64,000 nt of DNA, taken from assembly GCF_964355755.1 (NCBI RefSeq), contig NC_092674.1, positions 4,712,001-4,776,000 of the forward strand. Reading direction: 5' to 3'. The notes beneath the pieces were generated by a model that was given only the letters and a program-made list of their open reading frames with translations, was not told the DNA's origin and made no database searches. The position numbers were made by a program, and so were the translations under genes. Each line of letters starts with the position of its first letter. The first letter of the stretch is position 1. Below, piece after piece: positions 41,516 to 64,000 of the stretch. Origin of the DNA: Antedon mediterranea (Eukaryota > Animalia > Echinodermata).

Positions 41516-41522
41516 AGGGACG
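41449..41522 (+). tRNA. tRNA-Asn (GTT)
   Basis: Canonical 74-nt GTCTCTGTGGCGCAATCGG...CCCAGGGACG with anticodon loop CTGTTAA and TTTT downstream. Confidence 0.95.
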
Positions 41523-41599
41523 ATATGGTTTTACTCAATTTCTATTTCATTTTTTATATAAACTTCATAAATTCCAAACCATAAATTAACCTGACCAAT

Positions 41600-41675
41600 G
41601 TCTCTGTGGCGCAATCGGTTAGCGCGTCCGACTGTTAAACGAAAGGTTGGTGGTGCAAGCCCACCTATAGGGACG
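41600..41675 (+). pseudogene. tRNA-Asn pseudogene
   Basis: Copy with a B-box mutation (GGTGCAA), anticodon stem mismatches and a 2-nt insertion. Confidence 0.85.
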
Positions 41676-42249
41676 AGATTTTTTGCGTAATTTCACAATT
41701 TTTCAAGAGTTGAAAATAATATCAATAAAATAAAGGAATAAATAAATAACTATTTATTAAGTATGGTGAGAATGTGTCGCTTAAATGATATCAAGATTAA
41801 AATATCTTGATATCATCTCTGTTCCCACAATGCTTAAGTTAAGTCGTATACAATTCTTTCACAATATCACCCTATCATGTATGGACCCATCTGTTATACG
41901 GGAAAGGCCAGTCACATAAAGCGTGAAAACATTATATGCTCACCCCGAGCGGGAATTTTAGCCGTGAGTTTTCGTAAGCCTATTTAAGCAATACTTAACG
42001 CATCACTTGTCTGCTATCTAAGTCGACGGACCAAGTCCCTGTGTTTAATTTTACTAAATGTTACTAGGCCTTGGTCTCCAAATAAAATGGTTACACATAA
42101 GCATTGTAGTTGTATAAATTATAAAATCTTAGGCCAACTAATTACAATTGTATTGAGTAACCAAGTATTTATAGATATACACTAGGCCTACTACACTCTG
42201 ATTTTAATCTCTTCAAAATCATCTCAGGCGGAATATTGTTTTCCTGAAA

Positions 42250-42435
42250 GTTAATTAATTGGACTACACATGACGTCACAGGATTTAGATCCAGGGATTG
42301 GTTACAATATTATTGATTGTCATTTGGCGGGCATAACTTGTGTTTTGTTTGACAGTGACTTTCCTTCAGATATCTTTTGTAAGTTTTTACCATCAATGTA
42401 TTGTCATCGTATATTAATAATACGCATGCGCAGTT
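42250..42435 (+). promoter_or_regulatory. Candidate Phox2 proximal promoter
   Basis: Clustered TAATTAATT, reverse CCAAT boxes (about 42258 and 42297), a perfect CRE TGACGTCA (42271-42278) and NRF1-like CGCATGCGCA (42423-42432), 0.4-0.6 kb upstream of the ATG. Confidence 0.45.
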
Positions 42436-42846
42436 GCGATCAGAATATTAGACTTTAAAAGTAAGATTTATTAAGAGCGATGTTAACCAATTTTCATCTG
42501 CCGACAACAGCGCTGATCATCATCCCTTTCTCCAGTTTAATTCTTACATTTTCTATCTCAGAAAAGCTCGAAATTGTGCTCTTTCTGATTCAAATTCTCT
42601 TAATTTGTTTAAAATTTCTAAATTATCGCAACTTTATCACTTCGGAAATCGTTTTCGACATTAATGGTATTCCAGCGATAACTTAATTGATAAATGCGAT
42701 TGTAAATTTAACTAAATTAGAAAACTTGATTAGTCGAATACACATTCTCCGTTCCAAATAAAATTAACGAACAAATTATCGATACGATCAATTTGACCAA
42801 TTTTGTTAAATAATTTATTGTAAATTTATCAGAACGATTATTTTCA

Positions 42847-53480
<10,634 letters not shown>

Positions 53481-54771
53481 ATGATCGGATGAAAGATCTT
53501 AGATGAACAAAATGAACATTTTGAAGAAGAATAAACTTTGACATTAAAACATATCTAGACTATTTAAGGTTAACCAATAATGCTGTGAATTTTGGTTACC
53601 TAATTAGAGGTCTTAGTTGCCAACATTTTCTGTGTAGAATTGTAGAATACAATTTTAAACTGATCATATTATTATGATAAATTGATCAATGTTTTGTCCT
53701 ACTCTGACGTCATTGCCATGTGTACATTCATAATACTGTTTGACTGACTCTAACCCACGATCTCCAGAACACTAGCCTGGCACTACTTCCTCTAGACCAT
53801 GAGCTTGTGCCGATGGCTGGAGTTGTATAAGAGACCAAGAAAACAGCGGGTACTGCATCAATATGATTATCAACAACTGAAAGTGATGGCTAACAGTTAA
53901 AAAAACAGAATCACTAGCTTCTAGGTCATACAGTAGCTTTAATATTTACCATTACTTTTTTTACAGTTTTAAACAATGAATTTCATATATTTTATTAAGA
54001 TACATAATATAATGCAACACCTATTTACAACAGGTTAATATAGGCTAACCTATCCAAAATATTAGTCACTAAACAATTTGTCAATGGTAGCACGCCATAG
54101 GTAATATGTATAGAGGACTAACAATTAAAACCAAAAATTATAGATTTTAAAAATAAACCAAATAGCAAAGTGTAAACTGTCTTTAAAATCAATCATGCAG
54201 TGTGAGCGCCTTTAGAGCATACCAATATTGAGAACGGGGCATTATAGTACGATAATATGTTTATCTATTGATTACTACCAAAGAATAGTAAGTCACTTCT
54301 TTAAATAGACTAATTACTCTCCACATATTTATATAATTATCTTGTTTGTAGATGTGATTTTAGTAGATTAGGGAATTTTTTAAGATATTGTTTGTTGTAA
54401 ATAGATATTGTATTCATTTTATATTCAAAATTTACAAAATGTAATAAATGTTTCTGTGTAATTCTAATACATCAGGAAAATGATGTGTCATTTTTTTATA
54501 CAGTAGAACCTCATTGAGGGGGTACCTTCAGGACCCAACACAGTGTCCCCTAAATAGTGGTGTCCCTGAATAGGGATTGGTTGTAGTGTTAAAACATATA
54601 TTGCCAGTCATTCATTTCACAGGAAAGTGTCTCCTAAATAGTGGTGTCATCTGAATAGCATTTGGCTATACTGTTAAGACATATATTGCCAGTCATTCAT
54701 TTCACAGGGTGCTACTATGAAAAGAAAGAAAAAATGAAAGAAAATTAAGTGATTGATAACACAAACTTATT

Positions 54772-57700
54772 TTAGAAGAATGTACCATCAAATTTTTCCG
54801 AGATTGGTACGTGTGGCAAATCCAGTGTTTGTTTCTTGCCCTTGTCTGTGATTTGAATCCTAATGTAGGAATCGGTTGCTTTCTGTTGTCCTTCTTGTTT
54901 ACTAAGTTCATCATTTGGGTTGTTGACTGTAATATTAAGATGACATCCTTTCTTGATCAGTTGCTGTTCTTGCGCTGCCGCTAGCTGGTTTACAACTCGT
55001 CGCTCAACCTGGACAAAGCAAATTTATTTATTATAAGACATTTTGTGCACTAAGATAGTCTGTTTTCCATGATAGGCATAGTAGTGCTCACTGGCTAAAT
55101 CCCAAGGCCCCAGAGCTTAACTATACTCACTTCATGCTTGATTGACCTTGCGCCATAATGTACATTGTACCCATCTGCTAGCACGTCTAATACCTGCCTA
55201 TCCCATGTCAGCTCTATTTCATGTTTTTGCTCTGCCTATTATAAAAGTCAAATAATTTGGTATTTAATATTTTATATATTTTATTACACTTGCTCCAAGT
55301 CTGTAGTTATTTTATTTGTATTAACTGTCTTTTAATGTTATTCCACCATGCCGGCGTTTCAATTTTTCGAAATTGAAGCTCAAGTATGAAACGCCATATG
55401 TGTCAAAATATTTATCTTCACTAATTACGGTCTAGAACCCAGACTAATATGTTATATACAGTAAATCACCCTCCTTTGGGACATTAAGTGGACACTTGTT
55501 GGAACCATCTACTGTTATTAAAATCAAAGTTATTAATACTATTGGCAGCACTAATGATGTAAAAACAATAAACTAATTAATTGATAACTATCAATCCTTA
55601 CTTTCTTTGCCCAGAAGTCCAGTTCTTTCTTGACGAGTTTAATAAGCTCAGATCGCGAGAACGGTAAGAAGTAAACCATCTCATTGATTCTTCCCAAGAA
55701 TTCATCTCGTCTAAAATGTTTTTTAAGAATTGGTTGAACTACAAGTTCTTTAAATTTCCTTGACACAGTGACCTCTGCTTCAACTGTTGTGTTTTCTATG
55801 AGGAAAGAAGTACAATATGATTAAATATTTGTGCTTTGATATTATAGTTTTGTAGAGAACTCTCCAACATATACATAAGATTCTGCAAAAACTGAATATC
55901 ATAAAAGCATCCGATTGCTGTATCTCCTCATATTATCTATTTCCAAAGTTTCATAGGAATATTTGGTAATACAGCATCTCATTAATATCACATGTGGTGC
56001 CTGTATCATGTAAGGTTAGGTTAAGGGTTAGGTTACTGCTAGATACATGTGATGTTGTTTTACCAAATAATCCTATGATACTTAGGAAATAGATACAGTA
56101 CCGAGAATCGGCTGATAAAAGACAATATTACAAAAATGATAATATAGTAAAGAAACACAAACCTTGGTTAGCTTTCTGTCGTTGTTTAGTAAGATCTTCC
56201 GCTTCCTTTCTAAGTTGTAGCCCGTAGTTTCCAATTTCATTACTGGCAAGGTTTGAAGTCATCACAAATATAGCATCTTTACATTCAATTGTAGTGCCTT
56301 TACCATCAGTCAGGCGACCCTGGTTGCATAAAAAATAAAAATTATATTAAAAGCTATATTTAGAGAGGGTAACCCTTTCAGCTGAACCCACAGGCCACCT
56401 GATATCCAGGGTCCTTATTTAAAATGATAAAATATAAACTTTAACTCTATTAAAATCTGATTATACTTAAAAATATAAAATACAGTATAAAAAAAACCAT
56501 TAAATTTAACAAATTACGATAAAATATGTTCAAAATATGTGGTGGATACAAACCAGGAGACCAAGAAAATGAAAAAAAAACAGGATATATGTTGAAGAGG
56601 ACCTTAAAAAACCTGATTATACCATACGTACCTCATCAAACAACTGTAACATAATGGTCAAGACATCGGGATGAGCTTTGTCCACTTCATCAAACAAGAC
56701 CACTGCATTCGGACACTTCTTTAACCTCTTGGTCAGTTGACCACCCTGTTCGTGTCCAACGTAGCCTGGAGGAGATCCGATAAACTTAGCCACCTCGTGT
56801 TTCTCCTGGTATTCTGACATGTCGATGCGAATGAATCCTTTTTTACTGTCTTTGTGTAGGTATCTTGCTATTTGTTTCGCAAGCTCAGTTTTACCTTTGA
56901 AAACGTAACATTATGTGAGGATATAATGGGTAATAGATAAATTTTATATCTAAAATATAAATATAATATCTATGTAAGTCTGAGGTATGTTTTGCATTTA
57001 TTTATATTGGGTAACCTCTTCAGTAAAAGACTGGTCTATGGTCTACCAGAGGGCCCAGTTATGATCAGTGGCTGTTATGTACTAGTATATCGGGGTAACC
57101 CTCTACTCGTCTTGAAAGATATACTAGGTTCTTTAAAGTGCACATGAGCTAGATGTGTACACTGGACCTACGGTTTATCGTAGGGCTATTATACCTAGAT
57201 CATTATTCGTGAAAAGTTGGCTGTTTTTTGGGAGTTTTATTTGGGTGATTCTCAGTACTGTACAAAACTGTATATAGACAATGAATAACAATCAAATTTA
57301 CCAATTCCTGAGGAACCTAAAAAGAGGAATACCAGTGGATGATCATCATCCATCCATCCATTCTCCTTTCTTCTGATTGCTAAAGTTGAACAAAAAAACA
57401 GATCTTAGAAAATAATTTCAGATATTATAATACGTTTATCATAGATTATATCATACAAAAGTATGTGTTTGTAATTGTAAGATCCAGTTTAATTGAAACT
57501 TACTTGCCGCTACTGTACCAATAGCGCCCTCTTGCCCTATAATATTTTCCTTTAGTCTCTGTTCCAGTGGAAACCGTCGTCGCTCTTCCAACGCTCTTTG
57601 TTCTTCCACAACTTTATACTGTGAAAATAAGAATAAGATAGTAACGTCAAGGTCCACGACCTCTACTGTATGTGAGAGTTGATTCTTTTATACGAGATTC

Positions 57701-60208
57701 AATTAAGATAGTAAAATATACAAAGTACGTAATAAAAAAATAATACCTGGATAACCCATTAAGTTGACAATTAAAAAATGTCAACTTATTTTCAATGGGG
57801 TCGAAAAGAGGGTTCATGCACAAGAACGCAACACACAAATGTACTGAATTGCAATTTTCTCACAGAATTTGTGTGATATATCATTATTCCTTGAATACAC
57901 TGTATCCTTTACCATTCTTCCAATATATTCTATTCATACTTTTTTAAACCTTGCAATTTGAATCTTACCTTTTTAGCATAGTTTCCTATCAATTGTTTCA
58001 CTTCTCGTGTCCGAGCATAATCAGCGGGTGAATGCCCATTCTCATTCTCAACTGTCGGGTTAGCGCCTAAGGATACAAGTATAAAAATAACAACGTTGCT
58101 TCTATGTGACTGTTACAAGCCTTTAATTTTACCTATGCATTTGATTAATTTTTATTAATTATTATTTTTTTTCCCAATATCTTTGGGCATTGTGGGAGAA
58201 CAGTAGTTTACTACTGAACATGCTTTTCAGTTTAAAGAATAAAATAAATTCAAACAGACTTACCAGCCTCCATCAAGAGTTGACAAATCTTTATGTCATC
58301 TACTAACACTGCATAGTGTAGAGCTGTACATCCTTTGAACGATGCACGGTTGCTAAGGCGATCACAGAACTCATCTTCTCTAACAACGAGAACTGTAATG
58401 CAGAAATCATTGAAAAGTTAAGTACAGTATATGATGTCTTGTGTGAGGTTATCAACCATTCTACTAAATAATGTTATATATTGAATGCAGTGATTACATT
58501 ATTTTTTTACGACTGAGTAAAGATCTGTCTACACTATCAAACTAGTTTGACAAAAAAAGTGTGATGTGCCCAAATATGGTAGAGATATGACATCATTATG
58601 TCAATATATGGGAACATCACATTTTTTTGTCACATAAAGTTTGATAGTGTATACAGAGCTTTAGCAATAAGGAAATACAAACCTTGAAGAGAGTTGATTC
58701 CCAGTTCTCTTGCTTTGTGGTAAGTACTTGTAAACTCATCGCCAAGGTTTGGATCCGCTCCACTCTCTAATAGAAACTTGACAGCACTGAAATGTAAACG
58801 TTATCTTAAGCTCTGTCTACACTATCAAACTAGTTTGACAAAAAAATTGCGATGTGCCCAAATATAGTACTGATATGACATCATCATATCTATATATGGG
58901 CACATCACATTTTTTTGAATCACATAAAGTTTGATAGTGTAGACAAGGCTTTAAGTTGGTTTCTGTAACACTTGACAGAATTGAAATGCATTACATTTAA
59001 TAATTTTCACAAACTTGGGGATGCCACTTACCTTTCATTTTTGTTGATCGCCGCAACCATCAAAGCTGTCCATCCTAATTTATGCCTTTCATTCACGCTG
59101 ACTCCTTGTTTAAAAAGTCTGAAATTTAAAAAATTGTTACAATCCAATTTCAAATAATTTTTAATGTGTATGTATATATTATATAATGTATATATTATGT
59201 AATAAAGGCTGGGCATTGAAGGGAAGTAACATAAATGAATGAAACATTTCGGTATTAATTTTATTTATTTTTTTTTTGCTGTCTGGAGTTAAGAATCTGA
59301 ACTCTACTTCCAAACTAAATGCAGGGAAAAATTTCATTAAAAAATTTTGTTTAGCAAAATTGCTAATCAAACTGATTGTTGAGTCGAGAAACATAGTTTT
59401 GTATTACATTTTTTGCTACACAATTTGGGAAATGTGTAGCAATAAGGTTGTTTTGTATAGCTTTTTGCTATGCTACACTGGGGAAATTATTCCCTGAAAT
59501 GTATTAATTTACTGTGTTTATCAGTATATTTGCTTGTGAATGTGGTTTATCACCTAAAAATGTCCTGACAAAACAGAAGCGGTTCATTTTGATTGTGAAG
59601 GCTAATACTGTACCTTTTCAAAGTTTCAACATCATTAGTGCGGGCAGCTTGAAGAAATCCTTCATTTCCTGAAAGCGCCAAAAACATGATACATTTTTCG
59701 CACGAGAAATGTATTATTACTTTAACAAAAATTGATAGCAATATTGATATTCATTATCATTGTATTTAAATTTAATTTATATTATGTGCATGGGGCCGAT
59801 CTAGGCGGGGCCGATCTAGGCTAGGCCTATATGCAATTATAGGCCAAGCTAGTATATCTTTCAACAATCTTATATAACGTACAGGGGAAAAACTTTAACT
59901 TGAGCCTAGCACTGACCTTCTGAATTTGCAGTATGATGTAAACAGTACGCTACACTGCTAAACGCCATCGCAGCTGATGCAATCTTCCTGCAGACATGGC
60001 TCTGGCACGTCCAACTGAGCCTAGAAATTAACCGGTTAATAACGAAACGCGGTAATAGTTTTGTAAATAGATTATCTTTTTCAAATACCTGACAATATTT
60101 TCTAACGTACGGTAGTGTTATTTTTTGGCCATGAGCTCTTTTGGAATTGAAAACATTAAAAACAGATTTCAAAGGAGAACGTCTCGCAATCGTCGTGGAC
60201 GCCGCCAT
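54772..60208 (-). CDS. CLPB: Mitochondrial disaggregase CLPB/Skd3 (ankyrin repeats plus AAA+). Exons: 59917-60208, 59614-59668, 59032-59118, 58683-58786, 58264-58392, 57969-58066, 57504-57618, 57302-57379, 56632-56894, 56163-56319, 55602-55795, 55131-55235, 54772-55008
   Basis: Arg/Ser-rich presequence, ankyrin motifs ([30 protein letters not shown]), [14 protein letters not shown], Walker A GSSGIGKTELAK, Walker [28 protein letters not shown] and [13 protein letters not shown] junctions are phase-consistent. Confidence 0.95.
55285..55446. mobile_element. Short AcademH-like element (deletion derivative of the 8163-9126 family) in a CLPB intron
   Basis: TACACTTGCTCCAAGTCTG ... GTATGAAACGCCATATGTG ... 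CCCAGACTA. The 9-bp flanks are ATATTTTAT and ATATGTTAT. Confidence 0.7.
58520..58661. mobile_element. MITE family A copy in a CLPB intron
   Basis: AAGATCTGTCTACACTATCAAAC ... GTTTGATAGTGTATACAGAGCTT. Confidence 0.8.
58808..58951. mobile_element. MITE family A copy in a CLPB intron
   Basis: AAGCTCTGTCTACACTATCAAAC ... GTTTGATAGTGTAGACAAGGCTT. Confidence 0.8.
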
Positions 60209-61052
60209 ACTGTTTACCAACTGCGGTGCGCCGCAGCGGCAATATATACTAGCCTAACAATTAAAATAGCCTAACTATGAAAATATAATCAAACTTACCA
60301 CCAAAGAACCCCACGAAAACTGATTATTTACGAAAATGACCAATTAAAAACTCTCTCTACTATTTTACCGATAATAACCGGCAACAACTATTATTAAAAG
60401 TGTGTTTATTTATTGCTTTATTGGCGTTTCATATGCCAAGAGTACCATAAGTTTATTTTGGTAAAAAGTGGATGTTATGATCGTGGAAGTTCGTAAACTT
60501 TACCTTTTTTGTACACACTAGGAAGTTGTGAGCCTGACTGCTTTAATATAACGAGGGATAAGAAATTCTTTTGTATTTTATTTTAATTTATTTGTACACA
60601 GGTACAGTATGTTTTGCGATACTTGGTTGGTGTGAAAATACAATGTACAATGTATAAGAGCCTAATATTCAACACTAGCTATAGTATAGTGTATTAGTAG
60701 GCTGATAATAATAAATAAGGCCTACTACCTACCTAGCTAGCTAGCTAGACCTCTGTCTGTAGTTAAGTAGGCCTAGTTAGTTCAATCTAAATGAATCACA
60801 GCAGCCAGGCCATAGATACTGCAGGCATGCATGGGGGTTCATAGGTGCATACCCCAAATAACAAGGCATAAAATGGTGCATAACATTTTATCCAATAGGT
60901 AGGAGATGTTGACCTCACGTCATTGGTGTAGTGATCAAAACGAAAATGTTTCAACTATTTCAAAATTGCACAAATTGTGCATAAAACTCATCATTTTTAG
61001 TTACTCCAACTTGTTTAAATGTTCTTTTATTTTTCAGATCAGCTTAACCATA

Positions 61053-63638
61053 ATGCGTTTGGTAATCTTGGACAAATATGACGAGGCAAGTGAATGGGCT
61101 GGAAAGTATGTCCGTAACCGTATCCTGGAGTTTAACCCTGGACCGGAGAAATACTTCACTCTAGGCTTACCTACAGGTTTGTCCTAAACTCTGTCTACAC
61201 TATCAAACGTTATGTGACAACAAACATATTACATATCACTACCATATTTGGGCATATCACTACCATATTTGGGCACATCACATTTTTTTGTCACAAAGTT
61301 TGATAGTGTAAACAGAGCTATAAATTAAATTAGAGTTCTGTCAAACTACCCATGCCATAGTACTTATATAATAGATAATAATTTGAACAACAGTGCATAA
61401 ATGGTTTAGACCATGCTGGACTAAACTAAGCTGCCTACTTCCTTACAATGACTTCCGTATTTTGGAAAATTTAGTTTTTCAGACCATGTGTTTTATTTTT
61501 CAATTATAAAATCGCAAATCGCAAATTTTATTCAGAAACTTTTTTTTATTTTTCAGGTAGCACTCCAATGGGAATGTATAAAACTTTAATTAAATTTGTC
61601 ACCAGTGGAGAATTGTCATTCAAATATGTAAAGACTTTTAACATGGACGAATATGTTGGTAGGTGAAATGAAGTTGAAATATAATTTTCAGGTTAAACAA
61701 ACTTTTGTTGTTTGTCAGCAATTACTAGGTAAGAACATGATAGCCACTGAGGCCGATTACCCCAATACCACCACTGTACCTCCCCATCCTAGTAATGTAG
61801 TTTAAAACCTTTCCTGTACAATTGCTGTCATTTTGGTACCCCAAGTGTACAGACCAAATGTACAAACACTCTCTCTTATATAGTATGTATATATAAAGTA
61901 CAATAATTTGATTTCTAAATTAATAAAAATAGGTAGTGGAGCTGTAGCTTGGTGGTTAACATGCTTCTAATCCCAAGGTCTGGGGTTCAATTCTGACCTA
62001 GTGCCAGGGTTGTAACTCACAACTCCTTCAACTCCACTTCCTAACCTAAGCCTCAAATGAGATTATAAAATAGTTTATCCATCCTGTAATTGGCGAGTTA
62101 CTTCGATGTAAGTTGGATGCGTAAGAAATAAACAAAAAAGTATGTTATTATTGTATCTGTAGGCTTGCCAAGAAATCACCCAGAGAGCTACCATTCATTC
62201 ATGTGGAACAACTTCTTTAAACACATTGACATCGTGCCAGAAAATGCTAACCTCTTGGATGGCAATGCTCCTGATCTAGATTTGGAATGCAAGAACTTTG
62301 AACAGAAGATCTTGGATGCTGGAGGAATTGAACTGTTTATAGGAGGTGTGGCATTTTTATTTCCAATTGACTTACTTTTACAGGATGAGAAAACCAAACA
62401 CATGCTTTCTAAACTTAAAGCCTAATATGACCATTGCCGGTACACTAATAAATCACATTTTTATCCCTATCACATTAAGGTTTTAGTTCCTATTGGTCCC
62501 ATAGCCTATGAGCCTAGAGGGGTCAGTGATCCATTAGGCGCTATCTAAATATTGTTTATTATTATTATATCAAGTCTACACGACAATATAACCAATTGCA
62601 TCACAGTAAAGCGATTCATTTTTTTATTCCCATTGAATTAAAGTATTGGTTCCTGATGGTCCCATAGCCTTTGAGCCTATATCAAGTTTACAGTACAATA
62701 TAACCATTGCATCACAGTAAAGCAAATCAATTTTTTTATTCCCATTGAATTAAGGTATTGGTCCTGATGGTCACATAGCATTTAATGAGCCAGGATCAAG
62801 CCTAGTGTCTCGTACACGTGTTAAAACATTAGCCCAGGACACCATTATTGCAAACTCCCGTTTCTTTGGTGGAGACATTTCTAAAGTTCCTACCATGGCA
62901 TTGACAGTTGGTGTTGGTACAGTTATGGATGCTAGAGAGGTAAGTGTATTCATCATTATGACAAGGATGGGTGTATTAATTTGTTTAGTGACAAAAGGAG
63001 AAGGCTTAAGCTTGTTTCCTACTAGAACGCAATGCAAGGATAATTTAAGCAAGTTGACCAATGACAGAATAATCCATCGTGTATGATTTGTCAAATTACT
63101 TGCGTTGTTTCCTAGTGGGAACTAAGCTTTAGTGACTTGAAGGCTTCTTATGATTTGTATTCAAAATGATAGACTGTGTGTTAGAATAATCCATCACGTA
63201 TGATTTGTTAAATTCATTGCGTTGCATCCTAAGCCTTAGTGACTTGAAGGCTTCTTATGATGGTTATTAACAATGATCTGACTTTGTGTTTGGAGAATTA
63301 ATTTAGTTAATTTATTAAGTTTGGAAAGTTATCTATATTTTTAAAAATTACCTTACACCCGTAATACTATGTAAATTATTTGACAGGTAATGATAATCAT
63401 CACAGGTGCTCACAAGTCATTTGCATTATATAAAGCAATCGAAGAAGGCATTAGTCACATGTGGACGGTTTCGGCATTCCAACAGCACCCTCGTACGATA
63501 TTCGTCTGCGATGAGGATGCTACACTGGAGCTACGAGTAAAAACTGTTAAATATTTCAAAGGTTTGATGTACGTTCATAATAAACTGGTGGAAGATGGTA
63601 AGGATTATCAAGAAGTGAAACGACAAAAAAAGAAGTAG
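61053..63638 (+). CDS. GNPDA: Glucosamine-6-phosphate deaminase/isomerase; exons 61053-61176, 61557-61658, 62163-62345, 62755-62939, 63387-63638
   Basis: Motifs [74 protein letters not shown] and [22 protein letters not shown] junctions are in frame. Confidence 0.96.
61186..61319. mobile_element. MITE family A copy in a GNPDA intron
   Basis: CTCTGTCTACACTATCAAAC ... GTTTGATAGTGTAAACAGAG. Confidence 0.8.
61938..62135 (+). mobile_element. Diverged tRNA-derived SINE
   Basis: A box-like TAGCTTGGTGG, B box-like GGTTCAATTC and an A-rich end. Confidence 0.4.
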
Positions 63639-64000
63639 AAAAATGAGAATTTAAAATACATGGATGCTGATTGGTTGGTTGTAGTGACGGAAATCGTTTT
63701 GAAAAGCTTAACAATCATCTGATTTTTAGCTATGATTCTAGGTTCCACCACTTTGAGTCCTGTATCAATTATTCATAGGTCAAAAAGGTCAATGAAGGTC
63801 AGTGAAGATTAATGGTGCTGTGTTTTAAGTATACACAAAATATGTATACATGAATCCAATAGAATTTTATATACCAAAATCACATTATATTTGAAATTTA
63901 TATATAAAATATTTGTAATCTTTTCCACCATTGTATTTTTGTTATTGCACACTTATATACAGAAAGTGTGCTACAAGTTTAAAGCTCTCTACACTATCAA

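Overview
AT-rich animal genomic DNA, probably an invertebrate deuterostome such as an echinoderm (inference). Four spliced protein-coding genes are supported. (1) The first large coding exon of a Dachsous-type protocadherin (- strand, 28911-30710), followed by an apparent intron of more than 28 kb running off the window. (2) A complete 4-exon Phox2 homeobox gene (+, 42847-53480). (3) A complete 13-exon mitochondrial CLPB/Skd3 gene (-, 54772-60208). (4) A complete GNPDA gene with 5 coding exons (+, 61053-63638). Non-coding content includes one tRNA-Gln, five tRNA-Asn copies in two arrays bracketing the Phox2 promoter and exon 1, a 5S-derived SINE, tRNA-derived SINEs, a CR1/L2-group LINE fragment, and many non-autonomous DNA transposons. 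The most notable observations are a Penelope-type minimal hammerhead ribozyme element (three copies), AcademH-like elements with hairpin termini and 9-bp TSDs, the tRNA arrays around Phox2, a Dachsous-Phox2-CLPB-GNPDA linkage that echoes vertebrate synteny, and duplicated decoy splice acceptors in GNPDA. No CRISPR or prokaryotic system is present. Coordinates were counted by eye, and repeat boundaries are approximate.
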